Source: Candidatus Thorarchaeota archaeon
GTDB lineage: Archaea; Asgardarchaeota; Heimdallarchaeia; Hodarchaeales; Hodarchaeaceae
DNA: 22,132 nucleotides
Assembly: GCA_048882505.1 (NCBI GenBank)
Contig: JBHLRO010000036.1
Coordinates: 1-22,132, forward strand
Direction of reading: 5' to 3'
Part shown: positions 7,653-16,148 of the stretch, one piece after another
Layout: every line of letters begins with the position of its first letter
How positions within the stretch are numbered: the first letter of the stretch is position 1
Made by a program: the position numbers and the translations under genes
The notes under the pieces: model-generated
Told to the model about the DNA's origin: nothing
Databases searched by the model: none
The model's input: only the letters and a program-made list of their open reading frames with translations

Positions 7653-8339
7653 ATGAAAGCTGTCTGTCTTCTCTCAGGTGGTATAGATAGTCCAGTGGCA
7701 ATTCAGATCGCCATTTTGAATGGTTTCCAGCCCGCTATACTCCACTACCATAATTCTCCCTTCGAAAGCTTTGGAACCTTAGAAAAGGTTCTGGCCTTAG
7801 CTAATGCGCTCGCTGATAGAAATCCGGACATTCCGATGACCCTGGCAATCATGAGACATGGTACAACTCAGGAAACGGTTCTGAACATCCTTGAAGAAGG
7901 CGATATCAGGCAAACCTGCCTTTTTTGTCGTATGCAAATGTTTCGAAAAGCCCAAGCATACGCCCAGCAGGTTGGGGCAGATGTTATCGTAACAGGGGAA
8001 ATCTTAGGCGAACAAGCTAGCCAAACATTAGATAATCTTCCAATTGTGGCCTCGAAAGTGGATATCTTGGCCCAACGTCCTTTATTAGGGTATAACAAAG
8101 AAGAAGTGATTCAACTTTCCAAGGAATGGGGTTTATATGACATCTCAATACGGCCTGGCGGATGTTGCAGTATCAATCCAAGATATCCTGAGACAAAAGG
8201 TCGACTCAAAATAGTAGATCCGATTTATAGCCGTTTTGCCAAGCAATTTCAGACTGTAATGGATGAAGAGGTCAATACAGTTGAAACGTTCTCTCTCCCT
8301 CTTAGGGATGAGGTCATTCTATCACATTTCGAAGTTTGA
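7653..8339 (+). CDS. thiI: ThiI-family sulfurtransferase, PP-loop catalytic domain only (no NFLD/THUMP)
   Basis: LLSGGIDSPVA PP-loop at the N-terminus, CLFC, IVTGEILGEQASQTLDNL, RPLLGYNKEEV, GCC...PRYPET. An in-frame TGA two codons before the ATG excludes an N-terminal extension. Confidence 0.88.
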   Translation: MKAVCLLSGGIDSPVAIQIAILNGFQPAILHYHNSPFESFGTLEKVLALANALADRNPDIPMTLAIMRHGTTQETVLNILEEGDIRQTCLFCRMQMFRKAQAYAQQVGADVIVTGEILGEQASQTLDNLPIVASKVDILAQRPLLGYNKEEVIQLSKEWGLYDISIRPGGCCSINPRYPETKGRLKIVDPIYSRFAKQFQTVMDEEVNTVETFSLPLRDEVILSHFEV

Positions 8340-8355
8340 ACGCTTTGTATCCGCA

Positions 8356-9528
8356 TTAGCATGTTACGAGTCCTATCATCTCGTAAAGATTATAATCAAT
8401 TAATACCTTAATATACTTGGGAAATTGGGCATCCAAGAGGGGTTCTCCTGTATCTACACGTAAAATTTTCTGAGGGAGAAGAGCAAGCTTGGTTCGCGTT
8501 GCTACTACCTCAATCTGGGATATACCCACCTTCTGGATAACCTGTGGGCTGAATGGCTGGTTACCGCGACCAAACAGAAATCCCTGCCCCCCTATAGGAG
8601 TTACAACAATTCGCACTCCCACGTACGACTGAAGCTCTAACAAGTCTAGAATTTTGCCTTCCGACAAATCTCGGCCAATGAGATGGCCGTTCATAACAGC
8701 ATCTATACCCAAAAGGGTTTTCTCTTCATGAATCCCTTGACCGAATGCATGTGCAAGCTCTTTTAAGGTCGATCCAGGCCCTAACAGGTACATTACGGTT
8801 GGTTGAACCGTCTCGCGAAATGTATCAATAATACCCTTTATATTGTCTCTTTCTAGGTTAATCATTCTGCTAGTTAGCTTTGTAGATTGCAAAAGAGTTG
8901 GAATGTGGGGAACTTTTGCAATCCCGAACAACCTCGTACTCAGACGATTTTCGCGGTATGCCTCTTCGTCAAGATCAATTACCTCCCCCTCAACAAGCTG
9001 TGTCTCATCGTTTATGAACTGGCCTATAAGTTCCACACCAGTAGAAATACCTTGAGAAAAGACTCCCGAATGGATCTTTACTCCTGCAGGAATTCCTAAG
9101 ATGGGAATTTTTTTTCCAATTACCTCTACTATATCGCGGGCTGTACCGTCTCCTCCTACAAATATTAATAGATCAGTCTTCCTGTTTAGCATATGACTAG
9201 CGGCTGTCATCGTATCTTGTCTTGTAGTTACTGCTGTAATTTGCATTTCCGATAATACGTACCATTTCAATCGTTTAGACAAGTTTTTATCCGTGGAAAT
9301 GATATCTGCACCCATTTTGCCAGGTGGGACGATAAATTGGCAATTTAATGACTTAAAAGAATTCATTAGGCCCCTTAAGAGCGCTTTTGTACGTTTGTGT
9401 GCCTGTGGCTCGGCCCCTCGACGTTTTGCTTCCTGGAGAATTTCTAGAGAGTCCGTACCTTTCAGCCCTACTTTTCCTCCCATTCCGGCTATAGGGTTGG
9501 TAATAATCCCGATGGATTTTAGAGTCAT
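8356..9528 (-). CDS. ATP-NAD kinase / AcoX-like family protein
   Basis: GIITNPIAGMGGKVGLKGTD, VGGDGTARD, LGIPAGVKIHSGVF, LGPGST, TPIGGQGFLFGRGNQ, VDTG. Start overlaps the SDR stop (ATGA). Confidence 0.85.
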   Translation of the reverse strand: MTLKSIGIITNPIAGMGGKVGLKGTDSLEILQEAKRRGAEPQAHKRTKALLRGLMNSFKSLNCQFIVPPGKMGADIISTDKNLSKRLKWYVLSEMQITAVTTRQDTMTAASHMLNRKTDLLIFVGGDGTARDIVEVIGKKIPILGIPAGVKIHSGVFSQGISTGVELIGQFINDETQLVEGEVIDLDEEAYRENRLSTRLFGIAKVPHIPTLLQSTKLTSRMINLERDNIKGIIDTFRETVQPTVMYLLGPGSTLKELAHAFGQGIHEEKTLLGIDAVMNGHLIGRDLSEGKILDLLELQSYVGVRIVVTPIGGQGFLFGRGNQPFSPQVIQKVGISQIEVVATRTKLALLPQKILRVDTGEPLLDAQFPKYIKVLIDYNLYEMIGLVTC

Positions 9529-10523
9529 AAAATTCCCTTCTCTTTATACCAATTTATGGCCTCGGTAATTCCAGTAACATAATCGTATTGCGGTTGAAAC
9601 CCTAGGAGATCTTTCGCCTTTTGATTTGAGTAGTTTCGTCCCTGAGTTATTGCATCAATTGCAGCAAGTTGCAGAAAGAAATCTGGTTTTCCCCGTACTT
9701 TGTTGAAGAGCTGGACAGGAAAAACCATCATCTTTGCCAGGATTTTAGGAACCGTTAAACGAGGAGGTTTCTTATCTAAGAGCTCGCTAACCAGCTCTAG
9801 TATCTCATCAACGCGTATACATTCATCTGAAGCCAGATAAAAGATTTGTTGATAAGCTGCCTCCTTTTGTGCCAACACGAATCCTTGGGCAACATCCCTG
9901 ACATGAGTGAAGTGTACTGTCCCTGGTTTGCGTATTCGAAACCAAACAGACAATTTACGTTTCGCTACCGCCTCAATAAACCAAAAGGAGATGTCGTCGA
10001 TATTGTGAGGGCCGTACATCCCTGAAGGTCGTAGAATCGTCCACCTCATTTCCCCCTCATGTCGCTTAATGATTTTCTCAGCTCTTACCTTTGAATGACC
10101 GTACTCAAACTGCGGATTATACGGAGTTTCTTCAGTTATGTAATCATTACGAGTTTGGGCGGCCATTGTATCCGCAGTTACCTCAGCAGATGAGCAATAA
10201 ATGAATTGAGTGACCCCTGCTGCCTCACAGGCATCTAATAAAGCCCTTGTTCCTTCAACATTGTATTTCTGATATAATTTCTTCTTTCCAAGGAAAGTAT
10301 AATAGGCCCCAATGTGGTGTACTATTTCCGTGTTCTTTGGAATCGAGTGGAGAGAACTAGGATCACCAAGGTCTCCTATTTGGGTTTCAACTCCCAATTT
10401 ATCTAGAAATGATGTGTCACTGGAACCTCGTACCAAACAGACTATATCATGATTTTGCTCAACCAAAAGCTGAACCAAATACGAGCCCAAAAATCCAGTG
10501 CCGCCTGTAACTAAAATCTGCAC
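9525..10523 (-). CDS. Extended SDR, NAD-dependent epimerase/dehydratase (3-beta-HSD/DFR-like)
   Basis: VTGGTGFLG Rossmann motif, NVEGT, catalytic Ser in CSSAEV, YxxxK (YGHSK), LRPSGMYGP, HVRDVA. GTG start. Confidence 0.9.
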   Translation of the reverse strand: MQILVTGGTGFLGSYLVQLLVEQNHDIVCLVRGSSDTSFLDKLGVETQIGDLGDPSSLHSIPKNTEIVHHIGAYYTFLGKKKLYQKYNVEGTRALLDACEAAGVTQFIYCSSAEVTADTMAAQTRNDYITEETPYNPQFEYGHSKVRAEKIIKRHEGEMRWTILRPSGMYGPHNIDDISFWFIEAVAKRKLSVWFRIRKPGTVHFTHVRDVAQGFVLAQKEAAYQQIFYLASDECIRVDEILELVSELLDKKPPRLTVPKILAKMMVFPVQLFNKVRGKPDFFLQLAAIDAITQGRNYSNQKAKDLLGFQPQYDYVTGITEAINWYKEKGIL

Positions 10524-10536
10524 GATTTTGCCTTCT

Positions 10537-11769
10537 TCAGATAAGAATAATCATTGAAATACAAAGAAAAACAAGAATAGCAAGTAACAGGCCTGGGATA
10601 TCAAAAAGTCCCAAGATTATGCCACCAAATATGGTTCCGATTATTGTTCCCCCTCCTATCATTGCCTGGCGAAGGGACATCGCCTTTGCAACATGTTGTT
10701 CTCCAATTCGGTCAATAGCCCATGCCATTGGGGTTGGCACCAAGGATACTGCCAGAAAGATCAGTGAAAGGAAGATTCCGATTATTCCCCATGTCCATAA
10801 TTCACCATGAGAAAGACCAATAACGAAAGATATTAGGTATTCAAACTGGATAAAGGTCAGCATCAAAATCAACATTAAGAACGTACTAAAAAAACCAATA
10901 CCTAGAACTCGACGTCTTGCCCATCTATCTGAAACTGCTCCCCAAACCAATAATCCACCAATAGAAGCGATTGTACAGCCAACGAGTATTGTAATAAGAG
11001 ATATCATTGGGATTTCTGTTCCAGGAGGTATTCTCTCCTCTAAACGTGACATAATAGGAATAATAAAAGTCCCAAAGCTAATAATAGCTGAAAATGCCAA
11101 CCAATGTGTTGTTAATTGGATGATGGGCTTTGAAAAAAAGAAAAGATTGCTGGGCCTCCTTTGTAATGAATTTTTTATCGTAAGCCAAACTGCTTGAATC
11201 GAAAATGGAGTATAAGAGTTATCATCATGAATAAATAGAATTGGAATAGCTGAAACGATCAGAAAAATCCCAAATAAGACGAATGATAATTCTTTTACAG
11301 TAATCCAAAGATAGATCCCCACAATGATTCCCAAAATCCCGCTGATTACAAGGACTACATTGATATACGCCATAGATTCTCCAGTCCTATGGGGAGGGCT
11401 GTTTTGTACCCAGAGGGCTATAATCGATCCCAAACGAAGCGATGATCCGATACCAATGATCATGTTCATTAAAAACAAGAATAATGGATCAGGAATGATA
11501 ATCATTCCGATAAACCCCATACTAGAGACTAGATTACTTAGAATTAGGAATTGGCGCCTAAGTCCGTATTCGTCACTTAAAGCGCCACAAAAAGGTCCCA
11601 TGATAAACCAAAAGACAAAATAAACCGCTAAAATAATTCCACTTATTATTAGAAATCCCAATTCATCTAGATAGGCAGCTAACAGGAATTGCTGCGCAGT
11701 GAACGTGATAGTGACTATTACCTGATATAATGCGATGACTAGCAAGGAAGGCTTAAGGTACAATTCCAA
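10537..11769 (-). CDS. Major facilitator superfamily transporter
   Basis: About 12 hydrophobic segments and two motif-A-like loops (GALSDEYGLRR, GAVSDRWARRR). The frame is open to 11811 and the true start may be ACG 11805 (see findings). Confidence 0.88.
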   Translation of the reverse strand: MELYLKPSLLVIALYQVIVTITFTAQQFLLAAYLDELGFLIISGIILAVYFVFWFIMGPFCGALSDEYGLRRQFLILSNLVSSMGFIGMIIIPDPLFLFLMNMIIGIGSSLRLGSIIALWVQNSPPHRTGESMAYINVVLVISGILGIIVGIYLWITVKELSFVLFGIFLIVSAIPILFIHDDNSYTPFSIQAVWLTIKNSLQRRPSNLFFFSKPIIQLTTHWLAFSAIISFGTFIIPIMSRLEERIPPGTEIPMISLITILVGCTIASIGGLLVWGAVSDRWARRRVLGIGFFSTFLMLILMLTFIQFEYLISFVIGLSHGELWTWGIIGIFLSLIFLAVSLVPTPMAWAIDRIGEQHVAKAMSLRQAMIGGGTIIGTIFGGIILGLFDIPGLLLAILVFLCISMIILI

Positions 11770-11827
11770 AATTAGAGAAGAATACCGATCTCGTTGTTTC
11801 TGCGTTTGAACTCACCGCCTTTACTTT

Positions 11828-13081
11828 TTAAATTTCGAAGTAATCTGCGGCCTGAGTTAATACTCGATTTCCTGAATTGTTAATGGCATAAGTATCTTCT
11901 ATTCCGAGTGCCATGAGATTCGGATCAATAAATTTTGGTTCACTAGCCAAAACGTGTCCAGTTTCCAAGCAAGGGCCCTTCTTATAAAATATAGGAAGTT
12001 CGTCTAGCTCCAAACCTACCCCGTGACCGAGAAAGGGTGATTTGTCAGCCTGGTATCCCATGAAATGCTCATAAATTCCTAGCTCCTTACTGAGTTCCAT
12101 GACAGCCCCGAACAATTGCCCTAAGGACTTGCCTGGCCTTAAGTTACTGGTGATAAAGTTCTTAATGGTCTGAAGTGACTCTAGATGATCCTGTGTGTTT
12201 TTATTGAATTGGCCGCAAATAAAAGTCCTTGTTGTGTCGGAGATATATCCATTATGGTTTCCACATGCATCTATAAAGAAAGGGGTATTCTTTCCCAGTT
12301 TTCTGGTCGAACCACCAAAGGGATATTTTGCAGACAGACCGTGTCCCGAAATCGGTGTGAATAGGATATTGGAAGTGGCAGACGCGCTAGAGACAACATA
12401 GGGATATTGAAGATTCAAGGCGTTGAATGCTCTTGTGGTAACATGACCAGCGTGTCCGTTTTTAAAAAGCCAACTGTTAAGACCGCTTGCCAGTTCGATT
12501 TCAGTCATTTCTGGAGTCACGTGTTCAACACAAAAGGTAAACATCCGATCTATCAATTGGGCGGCCGTTCTTATCTGCAAGAGTTCAAATTCAGTCTTAA
12601 TGGAACGAAGTTGGCGTAACAAGAGGCTGCCATCTTGAAACTCATATTGATTCCGGGATAATCTGGCTAAATACTCATAACGGGATACTGGCATGACATC
12701 TTTTTCTATAATAAGTTGGCTATGGTTCGGGATATCTAGATGATCAAATAAATCCGAAAATTTAGCCAAATTAATGATCGAGTCTATTTGTGAGTATTCC
12801 CTTGCCAAAATAATGTTTCGTCTAACCAAATGCGTGGGATTCGCTTCAGATGGAACATAAAGTGCTCCGTCCACCCCAATTCCAGTAAAGTAATAGAGGC
12901 AAGGAACAGAAAATATGAGAGCACCATCTAGTTGTTCTTTTTGCAGTCGCTGCTGCAATCTAGTTATTCGAGATCGAATTTCAGATAACGGGATTTTCGA
13001 ATAGGGAAAGGAAATATTTGATCCTCCTAGATGCCATTTATGAAAATAAGCTTTAGAAATGCTAAAAAGAGTCCAATTCAT
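11828..13081 (-). CDS. Xaa-Pro aminopeptidase family (M24) metallopeptidase
   Basis: Creatinase-like N-domain (RITRLQQRL...DGALIFS...YYFTG), RSIKT, and all five metal ligands: IDA, SDTTRT, GHGVGLELDE, SEP, GIEDT. Start uncertain: ATG 13081 overlaps the TPR stop, or ATT 13015 follows a strong SD. Confidence 0.92.
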   Translation of the reverse strand: MNWTLFSISKAYFHKWHLGGSNISFPYSKIPLSEIRSRITRLQQRLQKEQLDGALIFSVPCLYYFTGIGVDGALYVPSEANPTHLVRRNIILAREYSQIDSIINLAKFSDLFDHLDIPNHSQLIIEKDVMPVSRYEYLARLSRNQYEFQDGSLLLRQLRSIKTEFELLQIRTAAQLIDRMFTFCVEHVTPEMTEIELASGLNSWLFKNGHAGHVTTRAFNALNLQYPYVVSSASATSNILFTPISGHGLSAKYPFGGSTRKLGKNTPFFIDACGNHNGYISDTTRTFICGQFNKNTQDHLESLQTIKNFITSNLRPGKSLGQLFGAVMELSKELGIYEHFMGYQADKSPFLGHGVGLELDELPIFYKKGPCLETGHVLASEPKFIDPNLMALGIEDTYAINNSGNRVLTQAADYFEI

Positions 13082-13664
13082 CCAGAGCTTGACGAACCCT
13101 TGCATCTAGATCGTTTTCCGTCGAGATCCCTGTTGCCAATCCTTCAATACTCCGTATCATCTGTTCCTCTTGCTCAGTAAGTTTCATCAACTGTTTTTGA
13201 TAAAGCCTTTTGTATTTCTCGGCCTTCTCAATATCTCCGACATGATAATTCGCTTCTGAAACTATATACAGGGCTGTTGTAAATGCGGGAGCATTATCGA
13301 GAATATCGTCAAGTGCTAGTGCTTCGGATGCATGAGTTATCGCTTCTACAAAATTCTTGTTATCTGTTTCAATCCAAGCGATATTCATAAATGTTTCTAC
13401 GAGCCCTCGATTATAGTTTATACGAAGAGCCAACGTACGAGAGAAATTATAGGATTTTCTAAAGCGATCAGTGTCGTTGTTCAAATAATGTAAAAGAATC
13501 AGCTGATTATGAATATCCACGAGATCCTCAACCGCATTGTTTTGGATCCCTATCTCATGAGCCTGATTCAAGAGCTCGATGGCCTCAGTAATATTGTTCC
13601 GTTGTTTTTGAGCCTTAGCCTTTAATAGAAGCGTTTTAATTTCCTCTATTGGATTTTCCTCCAA
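13062..13664 (-). CDS. Tetratricopeptide-repeat protein
   Basis: Repeated helical units with TPR-like patterns (EAIELLNQAHEI, EAITHASEALAL, GDIEKAEKY) and a C-terminal helical tail. Confidence 0.8.
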   Translation of the reverse strand: MEENPIEEIKTLLLKAKAQKQRNNITEAIELLNQAHEIGIQNNAVEDLVDIHNQLILLHYLNNDTDRFRKSYNFSRTLALRINYNRGLVETFMNIAWIETDNKNFVEAITHASEALALDDILDNAPAFTTALYIVSEANYHVGDIEKAEKYKRLYQKQLMKLTEQEEQMIRSIEGLATGISTENDLDARVRQALDELDSF

Positions 13665-14093
13665 TCATCCTTTGGTTAGTAATATGGATATTTAGAAGGA
13701 CATCACGGATCTAAAATTCGGAGACTATCAAAAATGAAAATATAAACCGGCTATTTATGTTTTCCCATTTTATCCTCAAACGGAATTTGTCGGGACTTTT
13801 TTGCGCACAAAGAAGCCGACTCAAGTAGGATATGGGTTCAGAAAGGAAAATGAAATATCGCGGGCTACTTGCCTTATTTCATCATTGAATCCACTGAACG
13901 AGACCATTTCGCTAAAATTATGCAGAAGGAAAGATGTGAAAATAAAAAACGGGATTGGAATAACCCAGATATATCTTATTTTGAAACAAATCCAGAGCAG
14001 ACGTCATAATAATTATCATCTGGTTTGAAACTTTGTCGGATCAGCGAAACAGCGATCAAAGCAGAATGAATTTGGAATAACACCATCAATTCC

Positions 14094-14103
14094 TTTTTTT
14101 TTT
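14094..14103 (+). terminator. Possible oligo-T terminator
   Basis: T10 run followed by CAATTTT. Confidence 0.4.
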
Positions 14104-14185
14104 CAATTTTCGCCCCTAAGTTTGAGCTATGATACAGATACTCATAAAAGGAGAGACTCGTGAGAGGTGAATATGGGATGATCCT

Positions 14186-14446
14186 ATGGAAGACGATGAG
14201 AATTTAACTAATATGGAACTGACAATCTTAGAAATCATTGCCCAACAACGGGATATTCATATCCCCGTTATAATGGGCCAAGTACAAAGCATGTTCACTG
14301 CGACAGGGCAGCCTTTTGACAAAGCCCTCTTCCGGGGGAGTCTTCTCCGCCTCGAGAAGTTGGGGTTCATTGAAAAGCGAAAATACCCTAACTCTACGAT
14401 GGAAACAGCTGTGATCACTGAAAAAGGGCGAGCTTTGATAGATTAA
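14186..14446 (+). CDS. Small winged helix-turn-helix protein (MarR/PadR-like)
   Basis: LTNMELTILEII...LLRLEKLGFIEKR...ITEKGRAL matches the wHTH recognition helix and wing pattern. Confidence 0.8.
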   Translation: MEDDENLTNMELTILEIIAQQRDIHIPVIMGQVQSMFTATGQPFDKALFRGSLLRLEKLGFIEKRKYPNSTMETAVITEKGRALID

Positions 14447-14467
14447 AAGTTATGGGGAGGGGCTGAA

Positions 14468-15937
14468 TCACATCGAGGTCAAGATTTTCATGTTGATAAT
14501 CCCCTTCGCAAAGACCTGGGTATTCTGTAGGAATTGCCTGAGCCCATAGCTCTCCAAGGAATAACGAAATTCCCTCTTGGTATTTTGAAGTATTTTTCGT
14601 GGACGCAGGTAGAACCGTTTATAGGCCCACTTTGTTAGTGCCTTCAGTTCTTTTCGATCCAGCCCAGTTATTTCTGCTATGGGGTGGAAGAGGTTGTATT
14701 TGCTGTAATCATGTTCCTTGATCCGACCTTGTTTAATCATCTGTTGATAAAAGTCAGTGCCAGGATAAGGGGTTGCTAGAGTAAAGAGAGCAAGCGACGG
14801 ATCCAATCGTCGGATGATCCATTCAACCGTGGTGATAATGGAGTTACGAGTCTCTCCTGGAAATCCAAAGGAAACCGATGCCAAAGAATCCATATGAGCT
14901 TTCCTTGTATTGTCGAAATATCGTTCTATCTGTGAAATGGTGGTTTTTTTATGAATCTTGTCTAAAATGGTTTGACTCCCTGATTCTACTCCCACAAAAA
15001 CCAGCCGACAACCAGCTTTTCTCATCAAGTTCAGAAGTTCGTATTTTCCTGAATCCGCTCTCGTTGTGGCTCCCCAATAGATGTCCTTTACTTTTGATAG
15101 CTCTTGGATTAAGTTCTTGACTCTTTTTCTCGAGAGAAAGAAGAGATCGTCGACAAAGGCAGCTGCCTTGATATCCATAACTTCACGAAGGTATCTCAAT
15201 TCATCGGCGATTTTTGCTGGGGATCGGGCACGGTATGTGGCCTCATGGAAAGCGGAAACACTGCAGAAGTCACAATGATAGGGGCATCCTCTACTAGTTA
15301 TGACGGAGGTAGCAGGAAATGCGGATCCAAAAATTTTGTACTTTTCCATTGGCAACAGGTGACGAGAGGGTAACGGTAAACTGTCAAGGTCTTTAATAAT
15401 TGGAGCAGGGGGATTATGGATAACTTCCCTTTTCCTAGATTTTTCTCCATTCCGTTCAATATACGAAATTCCCTTGATGTTTTTCCATTCCATCCCCGCT
15501 TCAACACATTGGACAAATTCTAAAAACGTGTATTCTGCTTCTCCACGGATTACCGCAGTTACATTACCGTTACTCTTGTTTAAACATTCATCTGGTAAAG
15601 CAGAAGGATGATACCCACCCAAGACTACGTAAGAAACCCCTTCTTCTTGTGCAATCCGGGCACCAGTCATGGCGGCATCAAAATTTGGTGTTAAAGTTTG
15701 AATTCCTATTATATCGGGATGAAATCGTTTCAAGTATCGACGATAATCATTTGGGTTGTATTTTAAAGCGTGGGAATCCAAAATTCGAATGTTTGTGTTT
15801 CCTGTATATCCATGCTCTTCCAATACCCCAGCCATGTAAGCTAGTCCGAGTGGAGGCGCTGTAAAGTCCAAAAAGGCGAGTTGATATTTGGTTGTAACTC
15901 CGTTCTCGGAAGGAGGTACAAGAAGCAACGCTTTCAC
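14468..15937 (-). CDS. B12-binding domain radical SAM enzyme (class B-like)
   Basis: N-terminal cobalamin-binding domain (PPLGLAYMAGVL, DIIGI, GGYHPS, GEAE), SRGCPYHCDFC (CxxxCxxC), FVDDLF, GVESGS, GFPGET, ATPYPGT. GTG start. Confidence 0.93.
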   Translation of the reverse strand: MKALLLVPPSENGVTTKYQLAFLDFTAPPLGLAYMAGVLEEHGYTGNTNIRILDSHALKYNPNDYRRYLKRFHPDIIGIQTLTPNFDAAMTGARIAQEEGVSYVVLGGYHPSALPDECLNKSNGNVTAVIRGEAEYTFLEFVQCVEAGMEWKNIKGISYIERNGEKSRKREVIHNPPAPIIKDLDSLPLPSRHLLPMEKYKIFGSAFPATSVITSRGCPYHCDFCSVSAFHEATYRARSPAKIADELRYLREVMDIKAAAFVDDLFFLSRKRVKNLIQELSKVKDIYWGATTRADSGKYELLNLMRKAGCRLVFVGVESGSQTILDKIHKKTTISQIERYFDNTRKAHMDSLASVSFGFPGETRNSIITTVEWIIRRLDPSLALFTLATPYPGTDFYQQMIKQGRIKEHDYSKYNLFHPIAEITGLDRKELKALTKWAYKRFYLRPRKILQNTKREFRYSLESYGLRQFLQNTQVFAKGIINMKILTSM

Positions 15938-16096
15938 TGGATTTTACCCAGAAGCATCGGTGTTGATGGCAGTTAATAAGTACTACCCTCATAAGGGTGA
16001 AATATTTCCTCTAAACCGCCTTAAGCGTCTTTTTTGGTCTGTCAGCCTCTCTAATGGCAGTATAAATACTTTTTGATAGAATCTAGCCTGTTTTCA

Positions 16097-16114
16097 GAGA
16101 AAAATAAATATAAA
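16097..16114 (+). promoter_or_regulatory. Candidate BRE/TATA promoter of the nuo operon
   Basis: Purine-rich AGAGAAAAA followed by AAATATAAA (TATAAA at 16109-16114), about 35 nt before the nuoA ATG. Confidence 0.5.
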
Positions 16115-16148
16115 GTATTTTTTTGGACGTTTACCTGCGGTAACCAAT

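Noticed and set aside
13746-14009. In-frame TGA at 13851 as possible selenocysteine readthrough
   Set aside because: No start codon or SD for the upstream part, no redox-type context around the TGA, and no SECIS-like element identified.
16064-16120. 9-bp inverted repeat AAATACTTT/AAAGTATTT in the radical SAM-nuo divergent region
   Set aside because: AT-rich with a 39-nt spacer; expected by chance in promoter DNA.
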